Source: a virus. Taken from it: DNA of 12,458 nucleotides. This document shows positions 1 to 8,015 of the stretch, piece after piece (position 1 is the stretch's first letter; every line of letters begins with the position of its first letter). The DNA is taken from positions 1-12,458 of the IMG/VR virus record IMGVR_UViG_3300045988_163868. The stretch is one strand, 5' to 3'. A program made the position numbers and the translations under genes. The notes below the pieces were generated by a model, which searched no databases, was not told the DNA's origin, and worked only from the letters and a program-made list of their open reading frames with translations.

Positions 1-6
1 AAAGTA

Positions 7-24
7 TTGTTAAACTTTTAACAA
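7..24. promoter_or_regulatory. 18-bp palindrome TTGTTAAA-CT-TTTAACAA, 6 nt from the terminus (mirror copy at 12435-12452)
   Basis: The 8-bp arms are exact reverse complements with a 2-bp centre. The same arms recur at 12295-12312 outside the ITR. Candidate protein-binding site at the origin. Confidence 0.6.
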
Positions 25-48
25 ACTTTGCTGATCCCCGCTTTAGTG

Positions 49-104
49 TGCTAAAGTGCTAAAGTGCTAAAGTGTTAAAGTGGTAATGCTTTAAAGTGCT
101 AAAG
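49..104. repeat. 8-bp periodic repeat block inside the ITR (TGCTAAAG family); mirror copy at 12355-12410
   Basis: Seven consecutive 8-mers kept in register: TGCTAAAG x3 (49-72), TGTTAAAG, TGGTAATG, CTTTAAAG, TGCTAAAG. A 9-bp-arm hairpin is embedded (AATGCTTTA 85-93 / TAAAGCATT 100-108). CTTTAG(41-46)/CTAAAG(51-56) form a further dyad. More CTAAAG(C/T)(G/A) motifs follow at 139-154 and 187-194. Confidence 0.8.
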
Positions 105-115
105 CATTAAAACAT

Positions 116-166
116 ATTAAAAAGGTAGGTTTATTATGCTAAAGCGCTAAAGCATAAAACCTACCT
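116..166 (-). terminator. Rho-independent terminator ending the minus-strand gene array
   Basis: On the minus strand, AGGTAGGTTTTATGCT (151-166) pairs with AGCATAATAAACCTACCT (123-140). This gives 10 + 6 bp with a 2-nt bulge and a 10-nt loop. It is followed immediately by TTTTTAATATGTTTT. The hairpin starts 40 nt downstream of the ATPase stop codon (206-208). Confidence 0.8.
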
Positions 167-205
167 ATATAATATATTTTAGTGTATTAAAGTGTTAAAA
201 CGGTA

Positions 206-1291
206 TCAACTCAAAAATATTTGTTGTGTTTTTGATTGCTCTAAAATCCAATTGCGGAAGAGTTCGCCGACTTCGTTTGTTGAATAAAAAACTTTTTGTT
301 TGTTTATTAAATTTCTAATCAGCAATCCGATTTTGTTATCGCAACTATTCAGATTTATAAAATAATTTGTTTTAGTGCTTGGTGTAAAATCAAAAATGAT
401 GTTATCTGCATTAAACTCTTTTGTTTGCATATGTACAGTTAAAAATACTTCGGAGTTTTTTTCACAAATGTTTATACACATAAATTTATGATTAAAAAAT
501 ACAAACGCTTTATATATAATATTATCAGAAGTAACATTTTTTGGAATATGTGCATAGTTTTTAATCTCCCACTTTCCCTCGGTTATCATTTTTGTACGTG
601 GATTGGTAAACGCAAAATATTTACTTACTTTTTTGGTGTTCTCTGTATCTGAACAGTACTCAACAGCTATCTGTAATTTTTCGTTGCCATATCCGAACGG
701 ATAAACTTTGATTTCGCCTTGTTGCATATTCTCAACATCGCTGATACCCATTTCGGAAAAATAAATGCAATATTTGTTAACAGTATTAGCAATCATATAT
801 ATTTTTGTGCCGTCACGGTCACGCAATAATGACGAGAGTACATTACAAAATATAATAAATTCGTCTGCTAAATAATGACCTCTGGTGATAAATTCGTCAA
901 ACAGAATATAATCAAAATATCCGTTATCTGCACCTTTTGCGCTCTCCCATACATTCAACGCAAAAGTTTGACAAAACGGATCTACTTCACAATCAACAAT
1001 TTTATTATCTTCTATTTTAGCAAAATAAAATCCTCTGTTATAATATCGGATGTAATTCCACTGCCCTGCCGTGATAGTTTCAATATCGTGCGGTGCAAAC
1101 AGATTTTTTATAAATTTTGGTGTTATATCTTCGGCGTATCTTCTTATATACGCCAATCGTTTACCGCTTTTGTAATGTTCTCTGACTGCTTTATTACACA
1201 CTGAATATGTTTTTCCGTTACTTCTTTTTCCGATTATTACATTATAATCGGCTTGCTTTTTATCAATATTTTTAAGGCTGTAATACTTCAT
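206..1291 (-). CDS. DNA encapsidation (packaging) ATPase, phi29 gp16-like
   Basis: 361 aa. Walker A region YNVIIGKRSNGKTYS...AYIRRY parallels phi29 gp16 LNFVIGARGIGKSYA...IYVRRY. Walker B YILFDEFI parallels TIVFDEFI. SD TGGAGT lies 7 nt before the ATG, which starts 3 nt after the polymerase stop. Confidence 0.92.
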   Translation of the reverse strand: MKYYSLKNIDKKQADYNVIIGKRSNGKTYSVCNKAVREHYKSGKRLAYIRRYAEDITPKFIKNLFAPHDIETITAGQWNYIRYYNRGFYFAKIEDNKIVDCEVDPFCQTFALNVWESAKGADNGYFDYILFDEFITRGHYLADEFIIFCNVLSSLLRDRDGTKIYMIANTVNKYCIYFSEMGISDVENMQQGEIKVYPFGYGNEKLQIAVEYCSDTENTKKVSKYFAFTNPRTKMITEGKWEIKNYAHIPKNVTSDNIIYKAFVFFNHKFMCINICEKNSEVFLTVHMQTKEFNADNIIFDFTPSTKTNYFINLNSCDNKIGLLIRNLINKQKVFYSTNEVGELFRNWILEQSKTQQIFLS

Positions 1292-1294
1292 TGT

Positions 1295-3463
1295 TTATAC
1301 TCCATTTCTAAAATTATCAAAAAAAGTGATTGCAAGTTCGTCACGCTTTATACCAAGCGAAAAATTATTTCCGAGTTCGTCAAAAACAAAATCACACAAA
1401 AATGACATAAATTCGGATGACATCTGCATAGTAAACTCTGTTTCTTCTAAGTGAATACAACTTTTAATGTGTTCAATCTCTGAATTTCCGTTATAGTCAA
1501 TCAGAGTAACATTAATTTCATCATCAATGTATGTATGTGTCAATTTTCCTGTTCTGCCTTTTGGTATTTTCAAGTTTGAATTGAACATATTAAAAAACTT
1601 GTTAACATTATTGTTGCATACTGACATCATATAAGGTACTGCATATTTTTTGTTAATACCCGATACGGTAAAGTTTACACTACCGTCATCATATTGATAA
1701 CAATATCTTTTCGCTCCGAGTGTTTTAAACTTCGAGTAGTTTTTTTCAATATCCCAAACCCCGAGTGGATATTTTTTATCGTTTTTTGTAGGTTGCGTTA
1801 ACTCAAAATCAATATTGTAAAAATCACAACATTGTTTTAACTCTTTTGCAACACGCTTGTTGTAAGTATTTATGTATTCTTTGTGTTGTTCAAAATTTAA
1901 AAATTTAATACTGTCAGTATCAGAGTAGATGACATCTTCATTGATGTTTTTAATACCATCAAAAAGTTCATACCTCGCCCACGAAGTTACCCAAACGCCC
2001 CAAGAATATAAAAGAAATTGATTGTAGTTATATTTGTTATCTTTTAAACAATCTTCAATGCTCTTGCGTTCTTTCTGCCATTCGCCGCCGTATAAGATTT
2101 CATCATTGCACGGATTTGTTACGCACATACCATACGCACTATTTAACATACCCTTTTTTATTAAGTATTCTTTTTCATATCCTGCAACACCTTTTAACAT
2201 TGTTTTATCGTTATATAACTTTAATATACATTCAATAATTGTTTTAGGTAAATACTCATATTTGCTGTACCAAAAATTTTTAATTGTGATACTGTCATAT
2301 GTATAAAAATCTTGAATACATTTAAAATCAACATCATTACAGTAAGTTATAATATTGTCAGCTTGCATTATTCTCCCGTTATCGAAAACACCATTTGTGC
2401 AGACAGAGCATTTGGCTCGTTGTATGATGTGATGTGATGTTTTTGCTTTTAAATTAGTAAACATAATTTCAAAAATGCAAGGAAATTTATTTATAAATTC
2501 TGTAAAAGTATCATAATCTATAACATCAATTTTCTTAAATTTTTTCATAGGAAATTTATGTCTAATCATTACTGACGGATAACTACTTGTAAAGTCAATG
2601 CTACTTACATCATTTAGTGTTAAACCAACATAGTTACAATTTGCGTGAGTGTAACCGCCCTGAAAAATTTTGTTAAGCAAAATAAATTCATCGGTTTCGG
2701 GTGAGTTATCTTTGATAAACATACGATACTTTTTATAATTGTTTTCTTTTAAAGCGTTGCGGCAAAATCGTCTAACATATCCTGTTTTGGTAAGCGGTAT
2801 GTTCAAAATATTGTTTTCATTCAAAGCTATTTCTTCATTGATATAGTATTGCAAAATTTTTATATCATATTCGCAGTAGCCGAGTTCGGCGGGGGTCAAC
2901 GGTGTACTTGAATTACGATATAATCTATAATCCAAGTCACCGATTTTTTTGTTTATTTTTACACTTGTTAGATTTTTTGCTATTGTTTCAAGACTTGAAC
3001 AACTTAGCATAAAACTACATTTAAACTCAAAAACTTCGTCTAATGTGAAGTATATCGGCTTTCGCTCTTGTCGAGCAAACATATTTGTAATTTTAAATTC
3101 TTTTCTTAAGAATTGAAATTCATACGCTAAATTCTGTACATAAATTATAATTTTTCTATTGCTGTTTAGTTTGAAATACTCTTTTAACATCATTAGAAAA
3201 TCTTTTAAGTCCTGCCAAGTACGACCAAAATAAACATCTTGACCTACACCGAATTGCCAAATATACATAACTGCTGCTTTGTTATATTTTTCTGTTTCAT
3301 TCGCCTTTGGAATTATTGAGCAACCGTTTTCATAATAAAAACTTGTTGTCTCAATATCAAAAGAAAATGCAGTGTTATAATATTCAATTTTTTGTTTTTT
3401 TGTTTTCTTAGTAACAATATCAAATTTATAATTCTGTACAGGGAAAACAGAAAAATTTAGCAT
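1295..3463 (-). CDS. Protein-primed family-B DNA polymerase (phi29 gp2-like)
   Basis: 722 aa. Motifs seen: ExoI FDIETT; ExoII-like QNLAYEF; SSLETIAK; ExoIII YCEYD; motif A DFTSSYPS; motif B KKGMLNSAYG; WVTSWARYE (phi29 FITAWARYT); motif C YSDTDS; KxY as GAKRYCY. The segment between motifs A and B aligns in length with phi29 TPR1. SD GAGGA lies 7 nt before the ATG. Confidence 0.97.
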   Translation of the reverse strand: MLNFSVFPVQNYKFDIVTKKTKKQKIEYYNTAFSFDIETTSFYYENGCSIIPKANETEKYNKAAVMYIWQFGVGQDVYFGRTWQDLKDFLMMLKEYFKLNSNRKIIIYVQNLAYEFQFLRKEFKITNMFARQERKPIYFTLDEVFEFKCSFMLSCSSLETIAKNLTSVKINKKIGDLDYRLYRNSSTPLTPAELGYCEYDIKILQYYINEEIALNENNILNIPLTKTGYVRRFCRNALKENNYKKYRMFIKDNSPETDEFILLNKIFQGGYTHANCNYVGLTLNDVSSIDFTSSYPSVMIRHKFPMKKFKKIDVIDYDTFTEFINKFPCIFEIMFTNLKAKTSHHIIQRAKCSVCTNGVFDNGRIMQADNIITYCNDVDFKCIQDFYTYDSITIKNFWYSKYEYLPKTIIECILKLYNDKTMLKGVAGYEKEYLIKKGMLNSAYGMCVTNPCNDEILYGGEWQKERKSIEDCLKDNKYNYNQFLLYSWGVWVTSWARYELFDGIKNINEDVIYSDTDSIKFLNFEQHKEYINTYNKRVAKELKQCCDFYNIDFELTQPTKNDKKYPLGVWDIEKNYSKFKTLGAKRYCYQYDDGSVNFTVSGINKKYAVPYMMSVCNNNVNKFFNMFNSNLKIPKGRTGKLTHTYIDDEINVTLIDYNGNSEIEHIKSCIHLEETEFTMQMSSEFMSFLCDFVFDELGNNFSLGIKRDELAITFFDNFRNGV

Positions 3464-3466
3464 TTG

Positions 3467-4141
3467 TTATTCCTCTTCTCTTTTGAAATCAGTATCTCCG
3501 TATTTGACTAATAACCGTCCGTTTGATGAAAAATCGTTCAAAATTGCTGTTGTATCATAATCGTATGAGTTCATATTATTTGCTAAATTTTCAAGTATGC
3601 TTGAATAGTTTTCGCCGCTTTCAATTCTTGCTTTTGTGATAGCCAAAATGTCAGAGTACAAACTACCTAACACATTTGTATTAAAACCGAGATTTTTCAA
3701 GTCAGTGAACAGATTATCAACAAGTTCAAAAGTCTTTTTGATTGAAATTTTTATAGGTCGTGTTCTTTTACTTCGTTGCGCTTTCATTGTTTCAATTCGT
3801 TCAAAACTTGCTTGTCTTGCTTTCTGTTCTTTTTTTACTGCTGTAACTGTAATGTCGCTTGCTAAAAAATTTCTAACTTGCAAAAATTGAGTTACTAATT
3901 GCTGTTTGCTCTTTTCTTTTGTAGCTGACGAAAAGTAACCGCTTTTCGTTCCAAATCCGTTCGTATTATGTAATAGTGCTGAAAATTCTTGATTATATTG
4001 TTCGCTTTGATTTTGCAAATTTGCGTTATATAATCGGCGCAAACGCTTATTTGCAATAGATACTTCTTTTTTTATAAGCTGTTGCAAGTCTGCAACTGTT
4101 AAATCTTTAACAAGTGAATAATCTAATTTTGCATAACTCAT
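3467..4141 (-). CDS. Candidate terminal (priming) protein
   Basis: 224 aa, basic and predicted helical (KRSKRTRPIKISIKK), with an acidic C-terminal tip. It sits immediately upstream of the polymerase and is translationally coupled to it (3-nt gap), as gp3-gp2 are in phi29. The size is comparable to the phi29 TP, which I recall as about 266 aa. I can see no reliable sequence similarity by eye, so the call rests on synteny and on the ITR/PolB context requiring a TP. Confidence 0.45.
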   Translation of the reverse strand: MSYAKLDYSLVKDLTVADLQQLIKKEVSIANKRLRRLYNANLQNQSEQYNQEFSALLHNTNGFGTKSGYFSSATKEKSKQQLVTQFLQVRNFLASDITVTAVKKEQKARQASFERIETMKAQRSKRTRPIKISIKKTFELVDNLFTDLKNLGFNTNVLGSLYSDILAITKARIESGENYSSILENLANNMNSYDYDTTAILNDFSSNGRLLVKYGDTDFKREEE

Positions 4142-4154
4142 TTAGCACACCTCA

Positions 4155-6281
4155 TTAAATATAAAAACCGTTTTGCAAAATTCTTTTTATCTCGTTTTTT
4201 TCGGCGCTTGAGCAATTAAACAAAATTTGCGGATTGCTCACTACTGTATATCCGCTTAAATTTTGCAATTTTTCTTTAAAGCTACACGCATACCCTACAG
4301 TTGTACCGTAATTTTCGGGAACATTTGTTTGTGGTGATTTAATTATCAAGTAACATTTTTGCGGTAAATAAGTATTTACACTTGATGAATTATTGCCGAC
4401 GGATTGATAATAGGACGGCTGTAAAAACCCGCTTGCAAGATTATTTGCGATATTCAATGAACTTTGAACGGGTGTATTTTCTATATTAGAAACATTAGGC
4501 ACAGCGGCAGTTATTGCATTGATATATGACTTTGCATACTCTGTCGAGATGTTTCCTGTCATATTTATATCAACAGCGCAATTTCCTGTTTTGGTAAAAA
4601 TTGGTAAATTATCAGCAAAAACGACCGCCGAGCAAGAACCTGTTACTAAATCAATAATCATTTTTACTTTCAGCGTTTTGCCTAAAAAATCCTCTGGATT
4701 TAGTACAATTTTACCGCAATATGGGATTACAAGTTCACATTCCGAGAACGGTGCAAAATCTAAAAAATTATTGAAAAATGACGGATAATTACATTGACCT
4801 AAATCGAAAATGCAGTCAATTTCATTTGGAATTTTTAAACCCGAAACGGTTGTTTGTTGCCGTCCGAGTGTGATAATCTCATTGTCAATCGCTTTCAGTT
4901 TTTTTGAAACATCAAACGGAAATAATCTTAAGTCTATTAACGCATTCATAGGATTTTCACCCATTAATTTTAAGCTTTCGATTATTTGATTAAATATATC
5001 GCTGTCGCTGTTCCATAAATATTTGGAAAGTTCAGATACATTTTTTGCGTTAATTGCATAACATCTATTAAAAACTCCCAATGTTGTTAACTTCGGGTGA
5101 TTTAATTCAATTCCTTTTACATAATTGTTTGTGTCTGGATTTTCTTTTACACCGTTATCTTTTTGCCATTTATCAGGTGTTTGCATTTCGGGTGTTATAT
5201 TTTCAGATATTTTTTTTCCTCTGACATAATCACCGATAAAAAAACCCTCTTCTGTTTTTATCGGAAAATAAATTTTGTCTGTTGCGTTTGAATAATCGCT
5301 ATTTATTCCGCCGCTGATTTCTGATATAGCATTTCTGCTTTCAGCCCAAATCATACCGAAACACGAAATCATTTTCCGAAATTCATTTAATATATCTTCG
5401 TCATCTGAAATTCCTGCAATAAGAGCATAATTTCCGCTAGCTTCATCAACAATAGCCGAAAACGGCTTAGGGCAATATGCTATTGTTGAATAGTTTTTAA
5501 TAGTGCCCTGTTCGGTAACCCAGCTATAAAAATCATTCAAATTAACTTGACTTCTTGTTATTAATAAGTTACTGTACGCATCAACTTTTTTTAATGCGCT
5601 ATTTTCAAAAACATATCTTTCAGCATCTTTAATATTTAATATGTTTTGAAAAACAGAAGTGTCCGGGTCACTAGGAAAATTAGTACCATATCGATTTACT
5701 AATGAAATTGAAAATCCGGTACAGTATTTATAATCAATCCACTGACCTTTGCCGAACTCGTCGATTGTGAGTGTTGCTCTTACAGAAGTGTCGTTTTTAA
5801 TTGCGTCTTTTAATGTTTTATAACAGAAAAATTCTACAGTAAGTATAACATCTGCATAAATAAATTTTATATAAGGTCGCCAATATTGTGCAATATAACG
5901 AGCGTTTTGATAACTTTCAGCAACATTGTACCCATATTCGTGATAATCTGTTCCGTCAAGATAAATTTGTCCTACATTTTCAAGCTCATTAATGCAATAA
6001 TATGTATAGTCTTGACGAACAAAACTTGTATCATATAAAATCTTGCCTGTAATCGCTAAATCTTTTTGAACTGTAATATTAACAAGTCTGCAAAGACTGT
6101 AATCACCTTTTGACATACCGATACAAAAAGAAATATCAAAAAGTTTGTTTAAAGGCTGTAAATATCGGTAGCTTTGGTCGCTTGATTTATATGTTGTAAA
6201 TGATTTATCTACTACAGTAATGTTATTAGAAGATAAATTCCTAAAATTTTCTTCTTTATATATGTTAGTATTAAGTTGCAT
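4155..6281 (-). CDS. Tail knob / distal tail protein, phi29 gp9-like (large C-terminal part)
   Basis: 708 aa. FSECELVIPYCGKIVLNPEDFLGKTLKVKMIIDLVTGSCSAVVF resembles gp9 [47 protein letters not shown]. The extreme C-terminus SSAEKNEIKRILQNGFYI resembles gp9 NNNDLQEIRTIFDNGITLW. The ATG overlaps the previous ORF by 11 nt, with GGAGG 11 nt upstream. Confidence 0.7.
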   Translation of the reverse strand: MQLNTNIYKEENFRNLSSNNITVVDKSFTTYKSSDQSYRYLQPLNKLFDISFCIGMSKGDYSLCRLVNITVQKDLAITGKILYDTSFVRQDYTYYCINELENVGQIYLDGTDYHEYGYNVAESYQNARYIAQYWRPYIKFIYADVILTVEFFCYKTLKDAIKNDTSVRATLTIDEFGKGQWIDYKYCTGFSISLVNRYGTNFPSDPDTSVFQNILNIKDAERYVFENSALKKVDAYSNLLITRSQVNLNDFYSWVTEQGTIKNYSTIAYCPKPFSAIVDEASGNYALIAGISDDEDILNEFRKMISCFGMIWAESRNAISEISGGINSDYSNATDKIYFPIKTEEGFFIGDYVRGKKISENITPEMQTPDKWQKDNGVKENPDTNNYVKGIELNHPKLTTLGVFNRCYAINAKNVSELSKYLWNSDSDIFNQIIESLKLMGENPMNALIDLRLFPFDVSKKLKAIDNEIITLGRQQTTVSGLKIPNEIDCIFDLGQCNYPSFFNNFLDFAPFSECELVIPYCGKIVLNPEDFLGKTLKVKMIIDLVTGSCSAVVFADNLPIFTKTGNCAVDINMTGNISTEYAKSYINAITAAVPNVSNIENTPVQSSLNIANNLASGFLQPSYYQSVGNNSSSVNTYLPQKCYLIIKSPQTNVPENYGTTVGYACSFKEKLQNLSGYTVVSNPQILFNCSSAEKNEIKRILQNGFYI

Positions 6282-6774
6282 TACCTGTTCCGCCTCCGCT
6301 CACATTTAAAATAAAGTTATATGAATTTTCGTCAGCTGAATTTAAGTTAAATTCATTGTCTGAAAACTCAATAATTTTCATTGTTTTTTCGTTTTTTAAG
6401 GGGAGTAAATCGTCACGGACAAAATTTGGTTTTATATTTTCTTGTCTTGATATTAAACACTCAAGATTTAAAATTTGTGATTGATATGTCATTAACACAT
6501 CAAGCGCTAAATTTAATTTAATTCTTTCTGCTGACATTAATTCAAAACTTTCAATGAAATAATATCTTGTCACTTCGTTTGAATTAAACGATATTGACAT
6601 ATAATTAACTTGAGCAAAATTTGATATGAAATTAGGATAATTTAGAATAACTTCACAACTTAAAGAATTAAATTTACAACTTATTATATATTTACCATTA
6701 ATTATTCCCTGTTGAGATAAAGTTTTTTGAATTTTGTTAGGCAAGTCATTTGTTTTATATGTTATAATATCCAT
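6271..6774 (-). CDS. Tail knob N-terminal-domain-like protein (separate ORF)
   Basis: 167 aa. VNYMSISFNSNEVTRYYFIESFELMSAERIKLNLALDVLMTY....LISRQENI resembles the gp9 N-terminus [45 protein letters not shown]....FIVREHV. SD GAAAGG lies 9 nt before the ATG. Confidence 0.6.
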   Translation of the reverse strand: MDIITYKTNDLPNKIQKTLSQQGIINGKYIISCKFNSLSCEVILNYPNFISNFAQVNYMSISFNSNEVTRYYFIESFELMSAERIKLNLALDVLMTYQSQILNLECLISRQENIKPNFVRDDLLPLKNEKTMKIIEFSDNEFNLNSADENSYNFILNVSGGGTGNAT

Positions 6775-6796
6775 AATTTTTAACCTTTCTTATTAT

Positions 6797-6842
6797 AAAG
6801 TGTTTCACGTGAAACATTAAAAAGTGTTTCACGTGAAACATT
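6797..6842. promoter_or_regulatory. Twin perfect 16-bp palindromes TGTTTCACGTGAAACA (6801-6816 and 6825-6840) inside a 22-bp direct repeat with a 24-bp period
   Basis: AAAGTGTTTCACGTGAAACATT occurs twice, at 6797-6818 and 6821-6842. It lies in the 75-nt gap between the capsid stop (6850) and the next start (6774). In minus-strand RNA each copy can hairpin and the first is followed by CUUUUU. Alternatively the two self-complementary copies pair with each other into a 16-bp perfect stem with an 8-nt loop. Confidence 0.75.
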
Positions 6843-6849
6843 GATTTAA

Positions 6850-7995
6850 TTATGGTTTGCCTGTAACATCTGCGACAACAAAAACAATACAGTTTTCGTT
6901 AGTATCATTGATATATGAGCAATCCCATTTATGAAAATAGTTGATAAACTCGCCTTTGGCGTTGTACTGACTTGTTGTTCTAGGATTTTCATTACATACA
7001 GCGCATGCATTTTCATCAAAGATTACACCGATAATACCTGTTTTTTCAACATCTGAACCGCTCGCAGTTTTTACAGAAATCTTGCTTATTTCATTAAAAT
7101 CGAAGTTGTCACCTGCTCCGCTACCCTGCCAATACGGTACAGTAGTATAACCAGCAAGCTGCACAAAATTGTTATGATATGTATCAGAGTAAAGATACAC
7201 CTCCGCTGACTTGTCAAACTCAGACAACATAACAATTTTTTGATTTTCTTTTGGTGTAAAGGTTACATAACCTTTATCATTAAAGAGCATTGACGCTCTT
7301 GTCAGATAATCGCTGTAAAGACTAATCTGCTTGCAAGCATAACGCAAAAATTCTTTGTCGCTTAATGCTTTAGCCGCTGCCAGTGTTGTTCCCTTTTCAG
7401 TATTATAATTTGCAAGCAAATTAATAACATTGTTGTTAGCCGCAAACTTTTCAGCAATCAAGTTGTTAATAGTGCGCATTATCATATTGTCAGTGCAAAG
7501 TGTCATTTTCATAATAACACGATTTTCAATCATAGCGAAAAATCTTGACATCTCGCTTGGTGATGTGAACGCTGACTTTATCTGCTCTTCAACAAATGAT
7601 ATTGGTATCTCAAATGTTGTCTTACTGTTGAAAAATTTTGCTTTTACGGTCGGTGGATTGAAAATAAAAGGGTCGTAACTCTGACCTTTTGTCAATTTCC
7701 ATGACGGATTTTCTTCGACGTCTGGGAGTTCACAACGGATTTTTTCCATAATAGAACCAAATTCCCAACTATCTTTGAGAATGTTCGGCGCTGTTGAATT
7801 GTAAGTCCTGTCCCAAAATACAACTCTACCGATACGGTCAATTAATGATCTTGTGTAATTCTCAATGTCAACCGCACCGAGAACCTCACGACCTACATCA
7901 ACGATATTCGTCAAGTCCTCTTTAACTACTGCGCTTTCGCCGATAATTTCTGCGTTAATTGTGTTTAAAATCGCCGCAATTTGTGTAACTTTCAT
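6850..7995 (-). CDS. Major capsid protein, phi29 gp8-like
   Basis: 381 aa. ENYTRSLIDRIGRVVFWD parallels phi29 gp8 NDFITSLVDRIGLVVIRQ at a comparable N-terminal position. The size fits an HK97-fold capsid lacking the C-terminal Ig domain. A structured element follows the gene. Confidence 0.8.
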   Translation of the reverse strand: MKVTQIAAILNTINAEIIGESAVVKEDLTNIVDVGREVLGAVDIENYTRSLIDRIGRVVFWDRTYNSTAPNILKDSWEFGSIMEKIRCELPDVEENPSWKLTKGQSYDPFIFNPPTVKAKFFNSKTTFEIPISFVEEQIKSAFTSPSEMSRFFAMIENRVIMKMTLCTDNMIMRTINNLIAEKFAANNNVINLLANYNTEKGTTLAAAKALSDKEFLRYACKQISLYSDYLTRASMLFNDKGYVTFTPKENQKIVMLSEFDKSAEVYLYSDTYHNNFVQLAGYTTVPYWQGSGAGDNFDFNEISKISVKTASGSDVEKTGIIGVIFDENACAVCNENPRTTSQYNAKGEFINYFHKWDCSYINDTNENCIVFVVADVTGKP

Positions 7996-8015
7996 TTTTT
8001 CAAAAGTCCTTTCTT

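Larger units (their letters stand above)
1..142. repeat. Left inverted terminal repeat (142 bp); genome terminus and presumed protein-primed replication origin
   Basis: Reverse complement of 12317-12458 matches 1-142 at every position (compared block by block by eye). Identity stops at 143. The terminus reads 5'-AAAGTA, identical to the 6-bp ITR of phi29, and its AAA reiteration fits sliding-back initiation. Confidence 0.95.

Noticed and set aside
168-173. Plus-strand TATAAT near the left end as a promoter for a left-end small RNA
   Set aside because: There is no acceptable -35 at 16-18 nt. It would transcribe antisense into the ATPase gene. The hexamer lies just outside the downstream end of the terminator stem, in AT-rich sequence.
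2330-2440. CxxC...C...C cluster in the polymerase (CSVCTNG...YCNDVDFKC) as a zinc finger
   Set aside because: The segment aligns in length with the phi29 TPR1 region without an insertion. The cysteine spacing is not a recognised zinc-binding motif. The evidence is insufficient.
6801-6840. cre (CcpA) or Rex operators
   Set aside because: The half-site orientation and spacing do not fit. TTTCAC|GTGAAA is the inverse arrangement of the cre GAAAGC|GCTTTC type. The spacing of the Rex GTGAA...TTCAC type is also wrong.
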